The translations under genes were made by a program, and so were the position numbers. From the NCBI GenBank assembly GCA_947085855.1, contig CAMTYB010000001.1, forward strand, positions 630,427 to 671,420: 40,994 nucleotides of DNA, read 5' to 3'. Positions 26,110 to 34,191 of the stretch are shown piece after piece (position 1 is the first letter of the stretch; each line of letters begins with the position of its first letter). This DNA comes from an uncultured Candidatus Saccharibacteria bacterium (lineage in GTDB: Bacteria > Patescibacteriota > Saccharimonadia > Saccharimonadales > 2-12-FULL-41-12). The notes below the pieces were generated by a model, which worked only from the letters and a program-made list of their open reading frames with translations, was not told where the DNA came from and made no database searches.

Positions 26110-26748
26110 CTACGGCTTTACATATGCATTGAGCGTTAAGTTAAAGTTGAGACGCTTACCGTCATTGCTCGGCTCAAGACTAATGGCGCCAACATGGGCG
26201 GTTCGTCGATTTTTCTCAAGGGCCTCCAAGAATTTCAGAAAGTTCTGATAAGATACTTCACCGGCTGAAGCTACCTGAATTTCAAGGGTGTAGACCCCTT
26301 TAATCCCATCTACTGGCTTAAGTTGGCTGATGGCAGGTTGGGTTGGCTTTGGTGCAGCGGCCTGGCCCTCTCCTGTACTTGGCGCGGCTGCCTTGGGAGC
26401 AGCGTCGCCGAGCGTAGAATTCTGGAAGGTAATGGACTTGATAGGGATATCATTGTCGGCAGCGATTTTTACAATCTCGCGAACAGTTTTTGCCTGATCC
26501 TTATCCTGCGGTACTACGCTTTTGGCAATGGTGTTAAGTTCTTGGTGTTTTTTGACCTCTGTCTCAGCTTGTTTTAAGGCTAGTTCCTGATTCTCCAAGG
26601 CCTTCTTTTCGGCCTTTAAGTCGTATAGTCGCTTGGACTGTTTTTCAAAAAGCAGGTTGCCGCCAACGGTAGCGCCAATAATCAAAGCAATGACAAGTAC
26701 TAACAACACTGATAGAGCCAGGAAGTACTTCTTGGAACTTACCCTCAT
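26110..26748 (-). CDS. pilO: type IV pilus assembly protein PilO-like
   Basis: N-terminal TM helix, a coiled-coil (KAEKKALENQELALKQAETEVKKHQE) and a C-terminal alpha/beta domain. It has a 4-nt overlap with pilN. The call rests on position and architecture only. Confidence 0.6.
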   Translation of the reverse strand: MRVSSKKYFLALSVLLVLVIALIIGATVGGNLLFEKQSKRLYDLKAEKKALENQELALKQAETEVKKHQELNTIAKSVVPQDKDQAKTVREIVKIAADNDIPIKSITFQNSTLGDAAPKAAAPSTGEGQAAAPKPTQPAISQLKPVDGIKGVYTLEIQVASAGEVSYQNFLKFLEALEKNRRTAHVGAISLEPSNDGKRLNFNLTLNAYVKP

Positions 26749-27353
26749 TGCTTTACCCCTTTGTTAGCAGGATTAAGATACGTAAACGACTTATCCTTGC
26801 TAAATAGAGCTCGCAAATTCACATCACAACTGAGACCCCCAGCTGATTCTGTGCTGGCTGCGCCACAGGTGATGCTGTTGATGTCGGCTTTTTCAAACAC
26901 GCCATTCTTTGGATCCTGTAAATTCACCTGTAACTGTGTGGCAGCATTAAAATCTTTGGCACCGGCATTAAGTTGAACGCCACCCTGAACTTTATCAATC
27001 TGTAGTGACTTAAGAGCTGTATTTGACGGCAGAGTTGAGCCGATTTGCCGTAGTAACTTAGAAAATAAGATCTCCTTGGAAAGCACATCAACCACGAGTT
27101 TTGTGTTAGTCGATATCTCTTCCAATTTTTTTTGGGTTTCGTCGACTTTTTTAATTTTCAAAGTATCTTGAGCCACTGTTGTTTGTTTGTTGGTTTGGCT
27201 AATGGAATGTTGCATGAATAATAATCCGGCAGCCACGATGAGGATCACGCCCAGCAGAGCAAAGACAGCAGCTATGAGCCAATGAAATAATTTTGTGTTG
27301 CGTCGGGCATAGGATATGTCTTCCTTAATTTCGTGCGGGAGCAGGTTAATCAT
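26745..27353 (-). CDS. pilN: type IV pilus assembly protein PilN
   Basis: Conserved N-terminal MINLLP motif (the PilM-binding peptide) followed by a TM helix. It has a 4-nt overlap with pilM. Confidence 0.75.
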   Translation of the reverse strand: MINLLPHEIKEDISYARRNTKLFHWLIAAVFALLGVILIVAAGLLFMQHSISQTNKQTTVAQDTLKIKKVDETQKKLEEISTNTKLVVDVLSKEILFSKLLRQIGSTLPSNTALKSLQIDKVQGGVQLNAGAKDFNAATQLQVNLQDPKNGVFEKADINSITCGAASTESAGGLSCDVNLRALFSKDKSFTYLNPANKGVKQ

Positions 27354-28417
27354 AGAAACAGCTCCTTAGAGTCAATTAATGCTAACCCAGCGGCTGTAAC
27401 ATAGATCGAATTTTCTACCTCGCTTGGTGGTTGTAGTCGGCCGAGGTCGAGGCGTTGCCACGGGTTGCAGGTACGAACGGGCATACGCATGGCGCTAACC
27501 AAATAGTCGCTCAGTCCAGGCATATTGGCGCCACCGCCCATAGTTATAATCTGTTGGATCTTATTTTCAGATCCGAGCCGTTCTTCATGGTAGCGAATCA
27601 TACGTCTAATTTCCTTAACAAGATTATCAAGCTGCGGCTGCAGAGCTTCTTGTATTTCGGCCTGCTTCTTGCTCTTGGATAAGCCGTATTTAGTTTTTAC
27701 AATATGGGCCTCTTGTGAACTCAGTCCAAGCTTTTTGGCAATGAGCTCGGTAAATACGTCACCTCCGCCAGAAATAGTGCCTGTTACGATTATAGTTTTG
27801 TCATGAACGGTTATATCAGCCGAGCTAGCGCCCAGGTCAATTAAAACAGTTGGAATGTCATTTTGATCGATCTGACGCTGGAATAAGCGAGCAGCAGACA
27901 GAATAGTGGTATCGATGGCAATTGGTTCCAGCCCCAAAATGTGGGCAAGTGATATGTAAGAATCGACAATTGTTTTGGGGATGCCAACTGCCAATACTTC
28001 CATGCCTTTGTCATCTCTGTTAATGATGGTGTAGTCCATGTGTAGCTGGTCTATAGGCATGGGTATGTATTGTTCGGCTTCAACTTGGACTGCCTGCATG
28101 ATTTCTTGGTCACGTAGTTTTGGCAACGTCACCACGCGAGTAAAGGCCCGGCTTGCCGGCACCGAAAGAGCCACCCGCCGAGTATTGATTTCGCCTACGA
28201 CGTTATGTTTAAAAAGATCCTTTATGTCGGCGGCAAGTGAAGCAAAGTCATTGATGACACCATCCTTAACCGTGCTGTTGTTATACTCGCCAACGCCGTA
28301 ACCACGGACGCGACATTTTTTGCCGGTATGATCGAGCTGCAGTACTTTGATACTGCTCGTGCCAAGATCAAGACCAAATAATGGCTTGTCCTTAAAGAAG
28401 TGCGACGAAGTCTGCAT
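27350..28417 (-). CDS. pilM: type IV pilus assembly ATPase-fold protein PilM
   Basis: Actin-like fold motifs FGLDLGTSSIKVLQL, LIDLGASSADITV and GGGANMPGL. Confidence 0.9.
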   Translation of the reverse strand: MQTSSHFFKDKPLFGLDLGTSSIKVLQLDHTGKKCRVRGYGVGEYNNSTVKDGVINDFASLAADIKDLFKHNVVGEINTRRVALSVPASRAFTRVVTLPKLRDQEIMQAVQVEAEQYIPMPIDQLHMDYTIINRDDKGMEVLAVGIPKTIVDSYISLAHILGLEPIAIDTTILSAARLFQRQIDQNDIPTVLIDLGASSADITVHDKTIIVTGTISGGGDVFTELIAKKLGLSSQEAHIVKTKYGLSKSKKQAEIQEALQPQLDNLVKEIRRMIRYHEERLGSENKIQQIITMGGGANMPGLSDYLVSAMRMPVRTCNPWQRLDLGRLQPPSEVENSIYVTAAGLALIDSKELFL

Positions 28418-28553
28418 GCCACCCTGCGAGTATCTGTTTCATAAGCGTTTTGTTCACGTTCTAGTATATCCTACCAAACGCATTGTGACTACTATACGAA
28501 AGTGGTCTCAGAGGTGTTATAATAGTCAACAATAAAGCATTAGAGGTATGTGA

Positions 28554-30125
28554 TTGAATCGATCACACAATAAGCAAACTGGTTTTACACTAGTCGAGAT
28601 GGTGGTAGCACTCGGCGTTTTCGCTATTATCGCTGTTAGTATCCTTGGCCTTTATTCTAGCTTAGTATCGAGCACGATTGTTATGAAACAAAAATCAATT
28701 GCTTTGAGCCTGGCTAACAACCAGGTCGAATATCTGAAGTCTTTGCCGTATAGTAATTTGGCGGTAGCCGGGGGCAGTATATATTCGCCAACCCCAATTC
28801 CGGCAACTGCTAACAAGACGGTGAATAAATTCAATTACACAGTCAACACAAGTATTAATCATGTTGACGATGCCTTTGACGGCTGCGGCACCTACCCTAA
28901 CGAAACAATTAAGCAGCAGTATTGTCGCAACTATCCGGCGCCGACAGGCTCGCCTAATCCCGATACTAACCCGCAAGACTACAAAGTTGCTCATGTTACG
29001 GTCTACGGCAAAAACAACACAAAACTTGCAGAGCTAGATACCCATATCTCGGCCAAGGTAGCGGAAACTGCTAGTACGACTGGGGCATTGTTCGCCTATG
29101 TTATTGACGATGCTGGTAATCCCGTTCAAGGTGCTAATATACGGGTGCAAAACACGACGATTTCACCAGCGCTTGATTTGAACGACAATACAGACAGTAA
29201 TGGCTTAGCAATCTTTTATGGTCTAACGCCTGATTCAAGCGGATATGACTATATTTTGACGGCAAGTAAGTCCGGCTTTTCGACGCTGCGAACCATAGCG
29301 CCGTCAGGCTCATTGCAGCCTACCTATCCAAACCAACAAGTTATTACACAGGCTTCATCGTATGCAACTTTGGTGATCAAGCCGCAAGGCGCCAATAGTT
29401 TACTACTAGAAAGCGTTGATACGGCAGGAGCGCCCCTCTCTAACGTTAGAACTTATGTAAAAGGTGGCTACAAAAATTACAATCTCACGTCTAACACGAC
29501 CTATTATTACGATACGATGACCCCAACTGATACACGGCCAATCACCGACAGCTCGGGTTTGGCGGCTCTAACCAACCTAGTGCCGGGACCGTATATATTC
29601 TGTGGCGATGTTGGCGCTACTAGCTGTACTCGTAACGGTTCGACGGTCTATATGGTAGCAGCAGTGCCATATGCAGGTACTGATGCGCTGAGCCCCATTA
29701 CAGTGCCAACCCAAGACTCAACTGGTGATCCAGGTACGCCGTATACATTTGGCGGTGCTTCGTATCTGCAGAAAGTTCGACTTATATTTTCTACCAGCTC
29801 CACCTTTCCCCGAGTCAGCAATATCACACCAGATAGCTTCAATATCTCTACCTCCACGTTAGCTAACTTTAGTCTCCAGCTCAATGGGGCTAATTTGCCT
29901 TGTAGTTCTTCAGCAGGCAGCTGTGCCACGACTGTTCGTTTAATCAGCGGCGCAACCACGTATATCGGTAGCTGCACAGGTAGTTCAGCTGGCTCCCAAA
30001 TTGATTGCCAATTTGATTTAACTGGTGTGACGACTGGTATGCTGCAACTATCGGTGACGGCAAATAGTCAGACGCTTGATTTGCCGGTGTCGCCACTACT
30101 GGGGGGTCTCAATGCGCTTCCATAA
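28554..30125 (+). CDS. PilV-like prepilin-type protein fused to a large beta-sandwich/adhesin-like C-terminal region (523 aa)
   Basis: Class III signal KQTG|FTLVEMVVALGVFAII with Glu+5. A carboxypeptidase-regulatory-like segment (YVIDDAGNPVQGANIRVQNTT...TDSNGLAIFYGL). TTG start 7 nt after AGAGG. Confidence 0.75.
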   Translation: MNRSHNKQTGFTLVEMVVALGVFAIIAVSILGLYSSLVSSTIVMKQKSIALSLANNQVEYLKSLPYSNLAVAGGSIYSPTPIPATANKTVNKFNYTVNTSINHVDDAFDGCGTYPNETIKQQYCRNYPAPTGSPNPDTNPQDYKVAHVTVYGKNNTKLAELDTHISAKVAETASTTGALFAYVIDDAGNPVQGANIRVQNTTISPALDLNDNTDSNGLAIFYGLTPDSSGYDYILTASKSGFSTLRTIAPSGSLQPTYPNQQVITQASSYATLVIKPQGANSLLLESVDTAGAPLSNVRTYVKGGYKNYNLTSNTTYYYDTMTPTDTRPITDSSGLAALTNLVPGPYIFCGDVGATSCTRNGSTVYMVAAVPYAGTDALSPITVPTQDSTGDPGTPYTFGGASYLQKVRLIFSTSSTFPRVSNITPDSFNISTSTLANFSLQLNGANLPCSSSAGSCATTVRLISGATTYIGSCTGSSAGSQIDCQFDLTGVTTGMLQLSVTANSQTLDLPVSPLLGGLNALP

Positions 30126-30717
30126 TCGCAATCAGTCAGAAGGATTTACACTGTTAGAAATTTTGATAGTATTGACGCTAATAGGCATTGTTTCAGTTGG
30201 TGTTTATAGTTTTACAGTCACAAGTGGCGTCAACTACCTGCGCTTGCACGAGGATGGCTTACGGTTTAGTGAGTTATCAGAAAAGTCGCAACGAATCTCT
30301 CGTGTTTTACGTGGCGGCGGGGATATAACTGAAGCCACCAACGATGCAATTACAATTTATGCTTATTTCTCGCCAGCCGATCAGTATTATTCGCTCATTC
30401 GATACTACAAAGATCCGACAAATACCAAAATTATGGCCGATGTCACACCGATGACGTCTAATCCGCCAATCGGCACACCGATTACTGCCCAAAAAGTCAC
30501 CTATACGATTCTGGATGACTTTTATAACGATCCAGCCAGCAAGACGTTTGAGTACTTAGATTCAGCTGGAGCTGTTATGACACTGCCCGTAGCCGATAAC
30601 CATACCATCAAAGGCTTGCGGGTCAATCTAATAACAGCCTCGCCACGTTCGCCGGCAACTACCAAAACCGCTATATCTGCAGATGTTTCATTGCGTAATA
30701 AGAAGACAAATCTATGA
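30112..30717 (+). CDS. prepilin-type minor pilin (PilW/GspJ-like)
   Basis: NQSEG|FTLLEILIVLTLIGIV with Glu+5. I prefer the ATG at 30112 (GGGGG upstream) over the track start at 30076. Confidence 0.7.
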   Translation: MRFHNRNQSEGFTLLEILIVLTLIGIVSVGVYSFTVTSGVNYLRLHEDGLRFSELSEKSQRISRVLRGGGDITEATNDAITIYAYFSPADQYYSLIRYYKDPTNTKIMADVTPMTSNPPIGTPITAQKVTYTILDDFYNDPASKTFEYLDSAGAVMTLPVADNHTIKGLRVNLITASPRSPATTKTAISADVSLRNKKTNL

Positions 30718-32294
30718 TCATTTTATCTCGAAATAATGCTGGCTTTGCCATACCGATGCTGCTGAGTTTTATTATTGCAATCTCAATCGTTATTTCGGCA
30801 GTTGCTCTGCTACTGTCGAGTAATTTTCAGGCAGCTAACAATACCAATCAAAGCCAAAGAGCGCTTAATATTGCTGAAGCCGGCATTAATTACTACTTAT
30901 GGCACCTAAACCATGACCCTGATGACTATAAAGACGGCAAGACAACTCCGACTACTCCTGATCCCAATCTGGGTTACGGACCGTATGTCCATGACTATAT
31001 TGATGATAATGCTAAAAAAATTGGTACGTATACGCTTTGGATAAAACCACAGGGGAATGGATCGACCATAGCTCAAGTGCGTTCAGAGGGAAAGGTTGAC
31101 GGGTCTAATTTCAAGCGGACCGTAGAAGCGCAAATTGGCGCAACTTCCTTTGCGAGCTATTCAGTAGTTTCTGATTCGGCTTTATGGTTTGGCAACACCG
31201 AATCTGCTAATGGCCCGGTTCACTCCAACCAAGGGGTGCGTATGGATGGGGCGAGTAACGATAATGTGACCAGTGCTCGGGCGACCTATGTTCCTCCGAG
31301 CAGTCTCGGGGGGAATGGCGTTACAAGTCAGCCTGGTGTGTGGTGTAGCTCGACTATCACTACTCCCATAAACTGCGCTACTCGGCCAAAATCTGATTGG
31401 CTTTTCCCGGTTCCGCAAATTGACTTCAATCAAATCAGCAGCAGCCTGTGCAATATTAAGAAGGTTGCATTTTCGTCTGACTCGTCAACCGCATCATTGG
31501 CTGGCCTTTCAAACGCCTGCAGCCAGGTGCCGACTACTCGCACAAATGCTTATTTGCCGCGCCGTAACTCGACGTACAGTGATACGCGTGGCTATATGAT
31601 TGAACTACTGCCAAGTGGTCAGTACAATCTCTACAATGTTAATGGAGAAAATGATACGGGCAGTTCGTATTCTTCTGCACTGACCTTGCAGAGTGTAGCC
31701 ACAAACGTTAGCATTCCTTCTCAAGGAGTAATTTTTGCCGAAGACAATGTGTGGGTCAGAAGCAGTCCAACGTATAGCGGCCGAGCAACAATTGGAGCTG
31801 GTCGTCTAGCGAGCAGCGCTCAAGCTGCTAATATTTTGATTGCTGACGACCTCAAGTATGGCACAAAAAATGGCAGTGATGCACTGGGCTTGATAGCGGA
31901 GAATAATATAACGATTGCGCCATATGCACCGCCGCAAAGTGGCTCCTTTGCTTTTGAGGTGAATGCGGCTGTGATTGCTCAAAGCGGTTCAGTAACACAG
32001 CAACTGTACAACAATGGAAGTTCTTGGAGTTGTACGAGGGGCTGGAAAAACAGTGATCAGACATTCTTATTTTATGGCTCTGTATCAACTCGCCAAACAT
32101 GGACATGGACCTGGCTTGTAGGCGGAAGTCCTTGCGGTAACGCTGTTAATGACAGCCCGAATGGCTATCTTTCTGGTATTAAAAACAATACTACGCAATA
32201 CGACTACAACCTATTATATGCACCGCCGCCGAACTTTCCTCTCGCCAGTGGATTCAATATCCTGCAGTGGCACGAAATTGTAACTAAGCCATAA
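30714..32294 (+). CDS. PilX_N-like pseudopilin with a large C-terminal region (526 aa)
   Basis: NAG|FAIPMLLSFIIAISIV lacks Glu+5. It is followed by QRALNIAEAGINYYLWHL, which resembles the PilX N-terminal domain. ATGA overlap with the upstream gene. Confidence 0.6.
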   Translation: MIILSRNNAGFAIPMLLSFIIAISIVISAVALLLSSNFQAANNTNQSQRALNIAEAGINYYLWHLNHDPDDYKDGKTTPTTPDPNLGYGPYVHDYIDDNAKKIGTYTLWIKPQGNGSTIAQVRSEGKVDGSNFKRTVEAQIGATSFASYSVVSDSALWFGNTESANGPVHSNQGVRMDGASNDNVTSARATYVPPSSLGGNGVTSQPGVWCSSTITTPINCATRPKSDWLFPVPQIDFNQISSSLCNIKKVAFSSDSSTASLAGLSNACSQVPTTRTNAYLPRRNSTYSDTRGYMIELLPSGQYNLYNVNGENDTGSSYSSALTLQSVATNVSIPSQGVIFAEDNVWVRSSPTYSGRATIGAGRLASSAQAANILIADDLKYGTKNGSDALGLIAENNITIAPYAPPQSGSFAFEVNAAVIAQSGSVTQQLYNNGSSWSCTRGWKNSDQTFLFYGSVSTRQTWTWTWLVGGSPCGNAVNDSPNGYLSGIKNNTTQYDYNLLYAPPPNFPLASGFNILQWHEIVTKP

Positions 32295-32304
32295 GGCTGG
32301 CTAT

Positions 32305-32338
32305 AAAAGAACCTCCGTTTTCAGGAGGTTCTTTTGGC
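32305..32338. terminator. bidirectional rho-independent terminator between the convergent minor-pilin operon and pilA
   Basis: AAGAACCTCC (32308..32317) / GGAGGTTCTT (32325..32334) form a 10-bp stem flanked by an A-run and a T-run, so it can function on both strands. Confidence 0.7.
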
Positions 32339-32352
32339 GGAGTGCTGACTAT

Positions 32353-32805
32353 CTAGTTTAAGTTAGTCTTGCTAAATGTACCACCACCTTCGAGGTTGGC
32401 TGTAAGTGTGTATCGAGTACAGTCGTTAGCAGCTGTGGTACAGGCCGTACCAGCATCGTTGGTTGGCGCGTAGCCATAAGAGCTAGCACTTGCAGAGGCA
32501 GCTACAGTTTGAGTAGTGCCCTTAGGATCTTTGAGAGCCTCAGCATCAAGTCCTTTCAGACTGTTACTGCGGAATGTCGAATCATTTAACTCGGCCATTG
32601 CTGGGTATGAGTTGTTTTGTGCAAAGTAGGCTTCGAGCTGACCATGCATAGCCTTGATGTCTGTTTCGCGTTCTGTGTTGCGGGCTTTGCGTTGAATGCC
32701 GCTAAAAGTTGTTACCACGAGAGCTGCCAAGATACCGATCACGACGATCACGATCAAGAGCTCAACAATGGTGAAACCACTTTGTTTACGTTTAAGTGAG
32801 ATCAT
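32353..32805 (-). CDS. pilA: major type IV pilin
   Basis: KRKQSG|FTIVELLIVIVVIGILAALVV is the canonical class III signal plus an N-terminal helix. It is 150 aa, with two Cys near the C-terminus (a D-region-like disulfide), its own promoter and a strong SD (AAGGAGGGTGGG). Confidence 0.85.
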   Translation of the reverse strand: MISLKRKQSGFTIVELLIVIVVIGILAALVVTTFSGIQRKARNTERETDIKAMHGQLEAYFAQNNSYPAMAELNDSTFRSNSLKGLDAEALKDPKGTTQTVAASASASSYGYAPTNDAGTACTTAANDCTRYTLTANLEGGGTFSKTNLN

Positions 32806-32891
32806 AAAGGACCCACCCTCCTTGTTATGTTGTTTTACTTTAATTTTTAATATGACCCTAATTTCTTATAGAGAATAGGTATCTGGGAAAG

Positions 32892-32920
32892 ATTATCAAG
32901 CATAAGCGGAATCAGGTCAA
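32892..32920 (-). promoter_or_regulatory. candidate pilA promoter
   Basis: On the minus strand: TTGACC (32920..32915), 17 nt, then GATAAT (32897..32892). This leaves a leader of about 80 nt to the pilA ATG. Confidence 0.55.
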
Positions 32921-32962
32921 GCTATTTTCCACATATTCTCATCAGTTACTCTTGGGGTGAGA

Positions 32963-34183
32963 TTAGCCGTCGGCGCTAACGTTCTGACTCAAAGAAGCAA
33001 TTGGCCCCATGACACTGGCTGCTATTAGTCCAACCATGGCGCCAAGAATAATGATCATAGCCGGCTCAATCAAAGAGCTGAGACTATCAATAACGGCATC
33101 AACTTCTTCTTCATAAAAATCGGCAACTTTCAGCAAAATTGTATCAGTCTGGCCTGTCTCTTCACCGATCGCAAGCATCTGGCTGACAATTGGCGGGAAT
33201 AAGCTGCTGGCAGCCAGCGGTTCGGAAAGTTGCTTGCCATTCTTGACCTCTTTAGCGGCCTTCTTTAGTTCTTCTTCAATTACTTTATTGCCGATGGCGC
33301 CGCCCGTAACTTCGAGTGCGTCAAGCACGCTCACGCCAGCTGACATTAGTGACGCAAAGGTGCGTGCAAAGCGGGCGATAGCAATTTTGGTAATAACAAT
33401 TTTAATGATCGGTAGTTTCAGTAGTAGCGCATGAAACCGGTATTTGCCATGTGGTGTTTTGATGTAGCGTCGTAATAGGAAGATGCCTATTACCGATGTA
33501 ATAACGATCAGAATGGCATTTTGCTGCATGAAGCTACTGACGTTAAGCATCGCTTGGGTATAAACAGGTAGTTTTGCATCAGGTCCACCGAGATCTTTGA
33601 TAATTTTGCCGAGTTTAGGAATGACAAAAATCATAATACCGAAAAAGGCAATGACGGTGATGCCCAAAATAGCGAGTGGGTACGCCGAGGCACTCTTGAT
33701 CTTCTTGCGGATACTTGCTTCTTTTTCGACCTGGGCTGCTAGTCGCTTTAAAATTTCATCCAAAATACCGCCCGACTCACCGGCCCGCACCATATTGACG
33801 TAAACGTCACCGAATACATTCGGGTACTTACTAAGTGCATCGGCTAATTGAGAGCCACCTTCGATATCCTTGGTGACCCCAGCAATAACTTGTGCAAAAT
33901 ACTTGTTTTCAGTTTGAGCTTGAAGTGTCGCGAGCGATTGAGCCAAGGGAACACCGGCCGAAATCATGGTAGAAAGCTGTCGGGTGAAAACGACCATGTC
34001 ACGTTGTTTCACGCGCCCACCACGCTTACTTAACAGATTAGACAAACCAGATTCTTCTTTGATGACAAGTACGTGAGCGTGTTGTTTGGTAAGTGTGGCG
34101 GTAACCGCTTCCTTTGAAGCAGCTTCCATAGTTCCATTAATTGGTTTTCCGTCTTTGGTGGCAGTATATTTATAGCGCGGCAT
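32963..34183 (-). CDS. pilC: type IV pilus platform protein PilC (GspF family)
   Basis: 406 aa with two T2SSF repeats and 3 TM segments (RQLSTMISAGVPL..., FARTFASLMSAGVSVLDAL...). Confidence 0.93.
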   Translation of the reverse strand: MPRYKYTATKDGKPINGTMEAASKEAVTATLTKQHAHVLVIKEESGLSNLLSKRGGRVKQRDMVVFTRQLSTMISAGVPLAQSLATLQAQTENKYFAQVIAGVTKDIEGGSQLADALSKYPNVFGDVYVNMVRAGESGGILDEILKRLAAQVEKEASIRKKIKSASAYPLAILGITVIAFFGIMIFVIPKLGKIIKDLGGPDAKLPVYTQAMLNVSSFMQQNAILIVITSVIGIFLLRRYIKTPHGKYRFHALLLKLPIIKIVITKIAIARFARTFASLMSAGVSVLDALEVTGGAIGNKVIEEELKKAAKEVKNGKQLSEPLAASSLFPPIVSQMLAIGEETGQTDTILLKVADFYEEEVDAVIDSLSSLIEPAMIIILGAMVGLIAASVMGPIASLSQNVSADG

Positions 34184-34191
34184 GGTAGTAG

